Shown here: positions 40,151 to 49,522 of the stretch, piece by piece
Position numbering within the stretch: position 1 is the stretch's first letter
How the letters are laid out: every line of letters starts with the position of its first letter
NCBI GenBank assembly: GCA_949291375.1
Contig: CASEVI010000002.1
Location: 40,069 to 104,068 of the forward strand
Origin: an uncultured bacterium
GTDB taxonomy: Bacteria; Bacillota_I; Bacilli_A; RFN20; CAG-826
Direction: 5' to 3'
Length of the DNA: 64,000 bases
Position numbers and translations under genes: made by a program
Notes under the pieces: model-generated
What the model saw: the letters and a program-made list of their open reading frames with translations, nothing else
What the model was told of the DNA's origin: nothing
The model's database searches: none

Positions 40151-41650
40151 TTAATTAACACCATATTTATTTTTTAAAGTTTCTAAATCATCTCTAACTT
40201 CTTCTATTTTTGTATTTGCTTCATCGACTAAAGAATTAGCATCATTAATTGCTTCATCAATTTCACTTCTTTTATTATCAAGTTCATTAAAAGCATCGTC
40301 AACCTGTTTTTCATATCCATCTAAATCAGTTTTTCCATCATTAATTTTTACTTCAACATCTTTAATAGTATCAGAAATATAAATTTTGATCGTATCAAAA
40401 TTTGATGATGTAAAAGATGTTAATGAAGAATCAAACTTTTCTAATTCTTCTTTTAATGTAGAAAAATTATTTTTGTAGCTAAAATCAAAATAAGAGTAAT
40501 AATTTCCATTTAAAAGCCAAGAGAACCATGAAGAAGAAACACTAAACGATAAAATATCATTAGCTTTAGAAGCACTCTCTTTTACTTCATTAAATTTAGT
40601 AGTTATATTATTTAAAGTTTTTTCAGCCTCATCAAAACTTGATAAATTAGTATTTATTTCTGTTTTAGCATTATCAATTTCATCTAAATAAGAAGAAATA
40701 TCTTCTTTATAGCCATCAACCATTGAATTATAATCATCTAAAGTAGATTCAATATCATTAAAATTAGATTTTGCTTCAGTAATTATATCTTTGGCGTTAT
40801 TTAAAACACTTCTTTCAGTTGATGTAATTCCTTTAGTTAAAAGAATATTAATATCACTTTCAAAATCTAAAATTGTTGATTTTATATCAGTATAGGTAGA
40901 AGAAAAATCATCTAAAATACCTTCATAATGAATAACTTCATCATTTAAAGTGTTTATATCAGTTTCTAATCCATCAATCCTAGTTAAAATTGTATCTACT
41001 TCTCTTTTTAAAGCATCTACTTTATTAAATTCTTCATCAAATTCACCTTCTAAATTAATATTTAAAAAAGTATTAACAGGTGTTTCGATACTTTTAGCTA
41101 AATTATTAACTGGTGAAAATGTAAAAAGAATAAAAAATACACTAACTAAAAGAGAAGAAACGATTCCTAAAGGCATTTGAATAGCTTTTTTATTATTTAT
41201 TTTTAAAACTAAATCTTTAAATTTAACGACAAACTTTTTAAGCAATCCATAAATTAACCAAGTTAAGCCATAAGAAAGAATTAAACTTAAAACGCTAGAA
41301 ATCATAAATGAAGAAACATTTAAAGTTACATTTAAAACTTCATTATAATAAGCACCATCAGTTAAATAGGAAGGTAAAAGAGTTAAACTTATACCCATAT
41401 CATTTCCTATTTTAGTTAACTCTTCATTTAAAGAAGCTATTTGATTTCCTGCATCATTAAAAATAGATTCTAAATTAAATGAAGAAATAAAAGAAGGCAA
41501 GATTGGAGTAACAATTAAATTAATAATGTAAGTAAATGCAATAAAAAGAACTAAATTAATTCCTCCAAATATTGGATTTTTAAAAAATCCTATAATTATA
41601 GCAATAACAAGTATTGCTACAATAACTAAATCAATAATAACAAATCCCAT
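40151..41650 (-). CDS. Membrane protein with an N-terminal multi-TM region and a long C-terminal helical/coiled-coil ectodomain (499 aa)
   Basis: Three or four hydrophobic helices in the first 190 aa, then repetitive D/E/N/T/L-rich helical repeats. AAGAGG SD. Confidence 0.55.
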   Translation of the reverse strand: MGFVIIDLVIVAILVIAIIIGFFKNPIFGGINLVLFIAFTYIINLIVTPILPSFISSFNLESIFNDAGNQIASLNEELTKIGNDMGISLTLLPSYLTDGAYYNEVLNVTLNVSSFMISSVLSLILSYGLTWLIYGLLKKFVVKFKDLVLKINNKKAIQMPLGIVSSLLVSVFFILFTFSPVNNLAKSIETPVNTFLNINLEGEFDEEFNKVDALKREVDTILTRIDGLETDINTLNDEVIHYEGILDDFSSTYTDIKSTILDFESDINILLTKGITSTERSVLNNAKDIITEAKSNFNDIESTLDDYNSMVDGYKEDISSYLDEIDNAKTEINTNLSSFDEAEKTLNNITTKFNEVKESASKANDILSFSVSSSWFSWLLNGNYYSYFDFSYKNNFSTLKEELEKFDSSLTSFTSSNFDTIKIYISDTIKDVEVKINDGKTDLDGYEKQVDDAFNELDNKRSEIDEAINDANSLVDEANTKIEEVRDDLETLKNKYGVN

Positions 41651-41727
41651 AAATACCTCTTATTTTTAATAAATAAAAAACAAGTAATAAAATTATATTA
41701 ATAAAAAGAAAGAATTAATATTAAAAC

Positions 41728-42276
41728 TTATAATTTAGTGCCACATTTATCACAATAAATAGAATCTATGTCATTTTTTTCGTGACAAGAAGGACATTCT
41801 TTAAATAATTCTTTTCCACATTTAGGACAATATAATGAATCTTTGTCTATTTCATTATTACAATAAGGACAATATATTTTATCTTCTTCTTTTACTATTA
41901 CTTCTTTAATATTTTTAATAGCTGGTTTAATTTCTTCACTAGCTTCATTAATAATAGGTATAGATTCATTTTTAATATATCCTCCTACTTCTTTCATATA
42001 TCCAAATCTAAGAAGAGTAGTTCCTATTCCTATTAAAATAAAGCCAGGAAAAAGTAAAAAGAATGTAAAGAAATTAGGCATCGACATGTTATTAAAAGAA
42101 ATACCAAAACTTATTAAACCTATTAAAGCTAATATAATTCCAATTATTAAAAACACAAATCCTAGTATTTTTAATAATTTCTTATTTTTATAATGTGCTA
42201 ATTTAGAATTTCTCATTCTTTCTTCTTTTAATTTATTTTTTTCATATTCATTCATAACAAATAATTTATCCTCCAT
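41728..42276 (-). CDS. Membrane protein with two TM helices and a C-terminal double zinc ribbon
   Basis: C-terminus: CPYCNNEIDKDSLYCPKCGKELFKECPSCHEKNDIDSIYCDKCGTKL. Confidence 0.55.
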   Translation of the reverse strand: MEDKLFVMNEYEKNKLKEERMRNSKLAHYKNKKLLKILGFVFLIIGIILALIGLISFGISFNNMSMPNFFTFFLLFPGFILIGIGTTLLRFGYMKEVGGYIKNESIPIINEASEEIKPAIKNIKEVIVKEEDKIYCPYCNNEIDKDSLYCPKCGKELFKECPSCHEKNDIDSIYCDKCGTKL

Positions 42277-42404
42277 AAATTACTTTATATATTATAAGCG
42301 ATAAACTTTAAGATAGTTCATAGTTTTAGTTTTTCATAAAAGTTCGTTAAAAATAATGTATACTTTTTTAACGAAATTACAATTTCATTTATAGATAAAG
42401 ATTA

Positions 42405-42430
42405 AAAGAACATGAATATAATCGTTCTTT
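42405..42430. promoter_or_regulatory. Inverted repeat AAAGAAC-N12-GTTCTTT in the long leader upstream of lipoprotein P1
   Basis: It shares the GTTCT half-site with the conserved 24-nt box found upstream of each lipoprotein paralog. Confidence 0.3.
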
Positions 42431-42633
42431 TATAGAAAAAATATATATAATGTTTTTACTTTTCCTAAAGAAAAACTTTATTGATCTTTGATTTTTAAAA
42501 GTTAAGAAAGCCATTATAAAGAATATAAGACTTATAGGAAGTAGCTCAAAAAGTCAAAATTAAAAAGAAAATATAGTTGTCAAAGAAATGATCATTATCT
42601 CCTTACTAGGGAAATAAAGAAGAAAGAGTTTAA

Positions 42634-42652
42634 TTGTTCTAAATAAGAACAA
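42634..42652. promoter_or_regulatory. Perfect inverted repeat TTGTTCT-AAATA-AGAACAA in the leader upstream of P1
   Basis: Same GTTCT/AGAAC half-sites as the conserved box. Confidence 0.35.
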
Positions 42653-43028
42653 ATTATATTTCTTAAAGTTTTATTATTAAGAATATAATTTTATGTTTGA
42701 AAATATTTATTGTTATCTCTTTTATCAATAGATAAAAGAGAATTAATGTTTAATATAATTTAAATTTTATAAATAATTTAATAAGTAATTAATAATAAAT
42801 TGGTATCTATATATAAGATAGCAATAAGGTTGGTTCAACTATTAGAGCAACAAATTTTAAAAATGTATCTATATTAAAATCGATAACCTCAAATTTTTCA
42901 AGGGATGAGATTAGTAAGTGACCGACGTCTGGCACTATTATTTTTTTAGTCACCTCTTCTTTCTTCTTAACATCCATAAAATAACTTTTTCTTTTTCATT
43001 TTTTTGTTTAGCAACCTCTTCTCCTATC

Positions 43029-43051
43029 GTTCTAATTTTAAGAATTAAAAC
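43029..43051 (+). promoter_or_regulatory. Degenerate copy of the conserved palindromic box, about 96 nt upstream of the P1 start
   Basis: GTTCTAATTTTAAGAATTAAAAC compared with the consensus GTTCTAATTTTTAAGAAATAGAAC. Confidence 0.45.
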
Positions 43052-43146
43052 AACAGTAATTAGTCAACTAAAGGTTGTTAAACATTATTTAGATTTAAAA
43101 CATTAATGTTTTAAATCAATTTCATTTATTAGGAGATAAATTAAAA

Positions 43147-46100
43147 ATGAAAAAGAAAAATTTATTAGCCTTATCTGCTTTAGTCCTTTCTTTAGGTTTA
43201 ACAGTTTCTTCATGTGCTGGAGCTCAAGGAGAAAAAGGTGATACTGGAGACAAAGGTGATACAGGCGAAACAGGTCCTCAAGGTCCTCAAGGTCAAGCTG
43301 GTCAAGATGGTAAATCATTTGTTGATATTATCGTTAGAGATTGGAATGTCACTGGTGGAGAAATTAATCAAGACAAATATTTCGTCGAAATGGGTAAAAA
43401 AGAATCTGTTACTTTTACATTTACACCAGATAGTGAAGGTGCAGAAGTCGTTGTTAATATCGAAATTAATGGCGAAGTCGTCAATCCAGTATTAGAACTC
43501 GTTCCAGGTGAAGATGGAAAAGTTACATGGTCATATGAAGTTCCAGATAATATGGGTGGTCTTCAATTAACAGCTGCTACATTTACAACTGTTGATGACT
43601 ATGCTTTAGACCAACTTTATGTTTATTATTCAACATTAAGTGCTAATGATAACCAATTAGCTGCTTTTGAAAATGAAGACGGAACATGGACTGCTGATGC
43701 TGACCAAGTCAAAGGTGAATGGTTCAACAGTGATGTTGTTAAAACAGTTACAAGTGAAGCAGGTAAAATTGCTACTGAAGTTGCTAAATTAACAACTGCA
43801 GAAAATCCAAATCCAACAGCTACAGAAAAATTAGCAAAAGTTAATGAACTTTTACCAACTGCTGAAGAAGCTGTTAAAGCTGCTTATGATAAAGCTGTTA
43901 CAGAAGTTAAAGAAGCTGCTATTGAAGCTATCGAAGACTTATCAGATGAAGTTTCATCTGATAACTATAAAGATGCTGATAGAAAAGCAATCTTAGATGA
44001 AGGTAAAGCCGCTATTAATGCTGCTACTTCAATTGAAGATGTTACAACTCTTGTTAACAAAGTCGAAGTTGAAGATAAATTAGAATTAGGAACATATAAT
44101 GAATTATATTCAAGAAAAAATGCTGCTTTCGATAAAATCGAACAAGCTTTAGAAGATGCATATGAGTTAGTTCCTGAATTAGAAGATACTGAAGATCCAG
44201 ATTATGAAGAATTAAAAACTGCTTTATCAACCTGGAAGATTGATTTAGATACAGTTACTCCAAAAGCAACTGCTGATGAATACTTAACAAAAGTTAGTGC
44301 TGCTAAATCATTAGAAGAAATCCCAGTATACACTGAAGATAGTGCAACTGATGCAGAAGTCTCTTATAAAAAAGGTGATGTTGTTTTAGCTGTTGAAGGT
44401 GCTGATGCTGTTGCAGGAAGTGTTGAAGACTTAAAAGATACATTAGTCGCTAATATCCGTGCTTCTTATGAAAAAGAAGTTGATGATTCTAAAGCAATTT
44501 CAACAAGTTCAGCAAAAGAATCATTAAAAGGTGTTATCAACAATAGTATCGATACTTGGTTAACAGTTAATGAAGACAGTTCATTACTCCTTTATACCGA
44601 ATCAACATTAGCTTACGAAGATGAAGACAAGAAAGTAGTTACTGTTGCAGGTAGTGGTTTAGTTGGTTATATCGAAAATGTCATTGGTACAAAAGGAAAT
44701 GCTAACTATAACGCTGCTTTCCAAGCAGAAAGATTACAAAATGCTTTAGCTGGTGCTAAAACTGAATTAGCAGCTGCTATTAAAGCTGTCAAAGATGCTG
44801 ATAGTGATTATTCAAAAGCAATCTCATATTCAAAAGTTACTTCTGGCGACCACAAAGATAAATATTTAGTTAACAATCCAAAAATTGGTGTTAAAGATTA
44901 CGAAATCGCTAACCCATTTGTCAGCGAAGCAAATGAAGCAACAGATAAGAAATTCTATGCTGATACATTAACAAAAGGCACAGATGTTGGTGGAGTTACA
45001 GGAAATGAAACATATTCTGTTGATGATTACTACACCTCTTTATTCCCAGCAGATGGTTCATTACCAGCTGAATTAGAAGGTGCTGCAGATCAAGCAAATC
45101 CAGTCTTAGTTGTTAAAGAATTTATTGCTGATCAAAAAGAAAATATCAAAAATATTTATACAGATGCTGTTGAATTCTATATGGGTAAACAACAAGATGA
45201 ATTAAAACTCACAGAAGGCAAAACAGAAGATGATATTTTATTAACAGAATGGAATAAATTATTCTCTGATCCAATGAAAGCTGATGAAACATATACAATG
45301 TCAGATGTTTCTTCTGCTAGAAAAGGAATGGAAACAGCTAAAACATTATTATTTGATGCAACAGATGGATTATATACTAATGTTGAAGCATTATTAGATG
45401 CTAAAGCTGCTGAAGGCCAAGATGCTGATTGGGTTAATCAAGTCTATGTTAGAAGCGATGAAACAGGCGCAACATCAATTTCTGATTTAAGAAAACAATA
45501 TGAAACATTAAAAGAAAATGTTATCTTAGGAAAAGCTGATGAAAGTGATGTTGAAGACTTTGTTAAAGACTTAACAGACTTATATGAAGCTGATGTAGCT
45601 TCATATAAAGAAGATGCTGTCGCTAAATTAAGAGAAGATGTCCAAAATAGAAAATCTTCTTCAGATGGTAAATTAAGCGTTGCTCAAGTTAAATTAATGG
45701 AAAATAGATTAACTGAAGCAGAAGCTATTTTAGGAACAGATAAAGTTACTTCAGCTGGTACAACATATAAAGGCGATACAGTTACAAGTATTAATGACTG
45801 GTTCGCTGATGCTGAAACTTATGTAATTCCTGATAATGATGGCGAATTCTCACCATCAGGTGATTTAGGACAAAGCGCTACTGAAGAATGGTTTGATTTA
45901 CTTTCTAGAAGAGCAGCTCAATTAAGAGCTGTTGGTTCAGAAGTTTTAAAAGCTGGCCATGATACAAATGGTGTTATCCAAAAATTAGTTGGAGGAACTG
46001 GTTCAGGCGATTCATATAAAGCTGAAGGTTTTGGATATTGGAATACTATTCCTGCTGAATCAGAAAAAGTTACACTTACAATTGGTTTCAGAGATGAATT

Positions 46101-46746
46101 AGTATATAACTATCCAGGATTAATCGAAACATTAGGATTAAAAGGTGAATTAAATGATGAAAAACATTTAGTTTATGAAATCGATAGTGTTGCTGATGTA
46201 AATACATGGTATGAAGATGCTTCTAAAGTTCTTAACTTTGCTATTTCAACAAATAATGAAATTTGGAATCTAGCTAAAGATTATAGAGATGCATTCACTG
46301 CTCAACTTGATAGTCTTGTTGGTAAAACATTTGCAAAAGATGCAACAGCTGATAACGTAAAAACTCAATTAAATACTCAAATTGGTGCTATGTTCGCTGC
46401 ATTTGGTAAAACTAATGTAACTGATTTCATTGATAGTGTTAACTTTAAAACTGACACAAAAACAGTTGAATCAATCACTATCAAAGATGACTATTTAACA
46501 ACAGGCGGAATTATTAAATTAGGTAATTTCACTGCTATGAGTTATGACTTCAATAATGCTGAAAGCGATTATGCTGACGACAATGATGACCTCATTCATA
46601 TCTTAACCGTTTGTACTGGTAAACATAGTGATAGTACACTTAAGACTTATGATTTAACAACTTCATCAGGTCGTAGTGCATTATTAACTGCTGTTAAAGC
46701 TGAAATTGCAAAAGTTACAGGTACAACAACTTCTGGAAATAACTAA
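43147..46746 (+). CDS. Large surface lipoprotein P1 with a collagen-like N-terminus, member of the four-gene family (1199 aa)
   Basis: MKKKNLLALSALVLSLGLTVSSC has the lipobox LTVSSC. This is followed by (G-X-Y)10 (AQGEKGDTGDKGDTGETGPQGPQGQAGQDG), an Ig-like domain with the TFTFTP motif, and a long A/E/K/D/T-rich body. Confidence 0.85.
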   Translation: MKKKNLLALSALVLSLGLTVSSCAGAQGEKGDTGDKGDTGETGPQGPQGQAGQDGKSFVDIIVRDWNVTGGEINQDKYFVEMGKKESVTFTFTPDSEGAEVVVNIEINGEVVNPVLELVPGEDGKVTWSYEVPDNMGGLQLTAATFTTVDDYALDQLYVYYSTLSANDNQLAAFENEDGTWTADADQVKGEWFNSDVVKTVTSEAGKIATEVAKLTTAENPNPTATEKLAKVNELLPTAEEAVKAAYDKAVTEVKEAAIEAIEDLSDEVSSDNYKDADRKAILDEGKAAINAATSIEDVTTLVNKVEVEDKLELGTYNELYSRKNAAFDKIEQALEDAYELVPELEDTEDPDYEELKTALSTWKIDLDTVTPKATADEYLTKVSAAKSLEEIPVYTEDSATDAEVSYKKGDVVLAVEGADAVAGSVEDLKDTLVANIRASYEKEVDDSKAISTSSAKESLKGVINNSIDTWLTVNEDSSLLLYTESTLAYEDEDKKVVTVAGSGLVGYIENVIGTKGNANYNAAFQAERLQNALAGAKTELAAAIKAVKDADSDYSKAISYSKVTSGDHKDKYLVNNPKIGVKDYEIANPFVSEANEATDKKFYADTLTKGTDVGGVTGNETYSVDDYYTSLFPADGSLPAELEGAADQANPVLVVKEFIADQKENIKNIYTDAVEFYMGKQQDELKLTEGKTEDDILLTEWNKLFSDPMKADETYTMSDVSSARKGMETAKTLLFDATDGLYTNVEALLDAKAAEGQDADWVNQVYVRSDETGATSISDLRKQYETLKENVILGKADESDVEDFVKDLTDLYEADVASYKEDAVAKLREDVQNRKSSSDGKLSVAQVKLMENRLTEAEAILGTDKVTSAGTTYKGDTVTSINDWFADAETYVIPDNDGEFSPSGDLGQSATEEWFDLLSRRAAQLRAVGSEVLKAGHDTNGVIQKLVGGTGSGDSYKAEGFGYWNTIPAESEKVTLTIGFRDELVYNYPGLIETLGLKGELNDEKHLVYEIDSVADVNTWYEDASKVLNFAISTNNEIWNLAKDYRDAFTAQLDSLVGKTFAKDATADNVKTQLNTQIGAMFAAFGKTNVTDFIDSVNFKTDTKTVESITIKDDYLTTGGIIKLGNFTAMSYDFNNAESDYADDNDDLIHILTVCTGKHSDSTLKTYDLTTSSGRSALLTAVKAEIAKVTGTTTSGNN

Positions 46747-46786
46747 TTAAATTATCTATTAACTGAATATATAATTTAATCTATTT

Positions 46787-46816
46787 GATTAGGAGAGGGA
46801 ATTTCCTCTCCTAATC
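46787..46816 (+). terminator. Terminator of P1
   Basis: 12-bp stem GATTAGGAGAGG/CCTCTCCTAATC with loop GAATTT, then TTATTATC. The same stem occurs after P2. Confidence 0.6.
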
Positions 46817-46885
46817 TTATTATCAATAACAAAGTAATTTTATGATAAGATGATTTTGTTATTAATAATAGGAGGATATAACATA

Positions 46886-46987
46886 ATGGAAATAAAAATA
46901 GTGCAGGAAAAGCTTGTTGAAGATGAAGCAAGAAAAAATTATTTTTTTTGGAAGTTATTTTATCCGATTGTCCTAGCGAAAAATTGA
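46886..46987 (+). other. Short upstream ORF (33 aa) with a strong SD and ATG, ending just after a T8 tract; probable true N-terminus of the downstream gene separated by a frameshift
   Basis: AGGAGG lies 8 nt before ATG (46886). The ORF MEIKIVQEKLVEDEARKNYFFWKL... runs through the T8 tract at 46942-46949. The downstream ORF is in the -1 frame and starts at a TTG with no SD. Confidence 0.5.
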
Positions 46988-47319
46988 AGAAAATTTATGA
47001 AGAAAAAAAGATAATTGTTTCTAATACTATTTTAGATGGTGCTAGTCGACCTATTCTTTATAATACACATATTTATGGAAACACAGTAAGAACAGCTTCT
47101 TTTTATTTAAGTAAAGATAATGAAGCTCAAAGAAGTTGTCAAATTTCTAAAGATTATTTAAAACAACTTTATAAAAAAATAGAAGCGACAATTGATAAAA
47201 CTAATAAACAGTTTGAATATGAACTAAAAATAGAAAACGAAGAAAAATTAAGAAAAGAAAAAGAAGATTTAAAAAGAAGTGAATTTTTAAAGGATTTCAT
47301 AAAAGATATCAAAGACTAA
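46948..47319 (+). CDS. Hypothetical protein (123 aa from a TTG start), probably translated as a fusion with the upstream ATG-initiated ORF after a -1 slip or T8-to-T9 change
   Basis: Track ORF MEVILSDCPSEK... begins at a TTG inside the T-run and has no RBS. Adding one T would give MEIKIVQEKLVEDEARKNYFFLEVILSD.... Confidence 0.5.
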   Translation: MEVILSDCPSEKLKKIYEEKKIIVSNTILDGASRPILYNTHIYGNTVRTASFYLSKDNEAQRSCQISKDYLKQLYKKIEATIDKTNKQFEYELKIENEEKLRKEKEDLKRSEFLKDFIKDIKD

Positions 47320-47399
47320 AAATAATGAGATTTTATACTTTTTAATGAAAAGAACTTACTTAATTTCTTTTTGGGTGATAATCGGATAATGTAATTAAC

Positions 47400-48767
47400 A
47401 TGTTTATTGAAATAAAAGATACAAAAATGAGATTTGAAACAGATTATTTTGCAGATTATTTTAATAATGGCAAGATGGTAGATGTTTCAAATCCTTTATT
47501 TTTTGAAGCCTATAATGTTGAATTCGGTTCATGTGCTTCAATATCTAATAAAAATAGTTTTACATTGATGGATGCTGGAACAAAAGTTAGTATTACTGAT
47601 CCTAAAATACAAAACACTTTAAATTTTGTTGTTAATAAAATAAATAACTATAAGCATTTTGATTTTGTTTTAACACATTTCCATAAAGATCATTATTCTT
47701 TAATAAGTGATATCTTAAATTCTTCAAGAAGTTATTTAAGATATCTTTTTATATATAATCCTTTTCATAAAAAGATTATTTTCGAACTGTCTTTAATAAA
47801 CTTATTAATGTGTGTTATTGATAAAAGAGAAAATGTTAGAGATGAAGCAAAATATTTAATATTAAGATTTTTTGCTGATAATTATTTTAAAAAATTAGTA
47901 AATCAAAAGAAAATACAGAAAGTATATTTTGTTAAAGAAAAATGTAAATTCTATTTAAATGAAAGGGTATTTTATACTTTAGATAACATTAGTGATGATT
48001 TAAATTTATTTAAAAATCACCAATTTAAAGGCGATGATATTTTTAATGATTTTTATAGTTTCTTAAATAAATATTTCGCTATTCCTTTAGTTGAAAAAAT
48101 TAAAGAATTGCGCGATGAATATGAATATATAAATATTTATTATAAAGACGATAAAATAAAAACAGATTCCGATTTAATAGAAACAATAAGTGAAGATACT
48201 TTTGAAGAAAAAGACAAGATGGATTTCTTTTTTAACGACAAAATAGATGAAATAATTGATTTATTTGATTCAAGTAAAGATAATTCTTTTTTAAATGAGA
48301 AAATTATTAATTCTGAATTCTATAAAAAATATATAAAAGAACTTAGAAAGATTAGAAGATTCATAAATGAACATGAGCTAAACTTAACTTTTGTTGATGT
48401 CTATGACCATATTTTAGTTGGTGGAGATTGTTCGTACAAAAATTTAAAATACGGATTAATCAAAAGATATGGATATAATAATATTGATTTTATTTTAATA
48501 AATGCTCCTCATCATGGTACAAAAGGCTATTTTCCTTTTGAACTAGGAAATATTACTTCTAATTATGTTGTAGGTTCTAATGGCCGAGGATTTAAAAGAT
48601 ACGGGAAATTTTCTTTAAATGAATATTCACGTATTTCTAATACATTTTTACTAACAAACTCCCGATTTGAAAATGAACCCATTACAAATTTTAATATTAA
48701 AAACCTTCATAATATTAAAATTTATACATACGATAACGAACCAGTAACTGATGCTATTATGTTTTAA
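47400..48767 (+). CDS. Metallo-beta-lactamase-fold protein (455 aa), cytoplasmic
   Basis: MBL motif II LTHFHKDHY and a downstream NAPHHGTKGY motif, the HHG signature of ComEC/Rec2-type MBL domains. No signal peptide. Confidence 0.6.
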   Translation: MFIEIKDTKMRFETDYFADYFNNGKMVDVSNPLFFEAYNVEFGSCASISNKNSFTLMDAGTKVSITDPKIQNTLNFVVNKINNYKHFDFVLTHFHKDHYSLISDILNSSRSYLRYLFIYNPFHKKIIFELSLINLLMCVIDKRENVRDEAKYLILRFFADNYFKKLVNQKKIQKVYFVKEKCKFYLNERVFYTLDNISDDLNLFKNHQFKGDDIFNDFYSFLNKYFAIPLVEKIKELRDEYEYINIYYKDDKIKTDSDLIETISEDTFEEKDKMDFFFNDKIDEIIDLFDSSKDNSFLNEKIINSEFYKKYIKELRKIRRFINEHELNLTFVDVYDHILVGGDCSYKNLKYGLIKRYGYNNIDFILINAPHHGTKGYFPFELGNITSNYVVGSNGRGFKRYGKFSLNEYSRISNTFLLTNSRFENEPITNFNIKNLHNIKIYTYDNEPVTDAIMF

Positions 48768-48928
48768 ATAAAAATATTTAAAACATTAAAAAGTTAATTA
48801 TAATAATAAAAGAATAAAAGCTAACTTGTGATGGATAAAACTGGGTTCTTTTATAAGAGTAGATATATTTAATAAATATATTTAGAATTCCTTTGCTCCT
48901 CGGGTTAGCTTTTATTCTTATTAATGTT

Positions 48929-49312
48929 TTAAACTAATGAATATATATTATATTTAACTTTATTCATATTCATTTTAGCTATATCATTAGCTTCTTTTAT
49001 AATTAATTCTTTATCATATTTTGATAAAGAATTATCTAATGATAAATATTCATAATTATTTATTAATTTATCATTTATTATATTTACTTTATTATCTTTT
49101 GATAATGAAATAACTAAAAAACGGTATTTATTTTTAAAACCTACTTTAAAACCTAAATCAATTAATAATAAGTTCTTATTATTTATATCATTATCAAAAG
49201 ATAGCATATTAAATGATTTTAATATGCTATTAACTAATGTTTCATAGTTTAATAAAGTAATAATTCCTAAAAATTTAGGGGTGTTTGATAAGTTAAATAA
49301 AAAATCTTTCAT
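48929..49312 (-). CDS. Hypothetical protein (127 aa)
   Basis: ORF only; no recognisable motifs. Confidence 0.35.
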   Translation of the reverse strand: MKDFLFNLSNTPKFLGIITLLNYETLVNSILKSFNMLSFDNDINNKNLLLIDLGFKVGFKNKYRFLVISLSKDNKVNIINDKLINNYEYLSLDNSLSKYDKELIIKEANDIAKMNMNKVKYNIYSLV

Positions 49313-49389
49313 AATTTACTTATTTATCTATTATACAAAGTCTTCCTATTAAAAATAACTTATATTTATAAAGTTAGCTTTAATAGAAA

Positions 49390-49418
49390 GATTAGGAGAG
49401 GATGCTCCTCTCCTAATC
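49390..49418 (-). terminator. Terminator of P2, with the same stem as the P1 terminator
   Basis: GATTAGGAGAGG-ATGCT-CCTCTCCTAATC, followed by a U-rich run on the minus-strand RNA. Confidence 0.55.
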
Positions 49419-49522
49419 AAATTTATTAACTTACTATCATATAAAGGGATAGATAAATTTCAAACTTATGATAGTAATATTAATTACTGAATAAATAGAT
49501 TTAATTAATTTTTTAACTTAAA

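Noticed and set aside
48780-48930. Long-range inverted repeat AAAAGCTAAC...GTTAGCTTTT (about 75-nt loop) plus the AT palindrome ATATATTTAATAAATATAT between the convergent MBL and hypothetical genes
   Set aside because: Probably just a bidirectional terminator or AT-rich chance symmetry. It is too AT-rich and the loop too large for a confident call.
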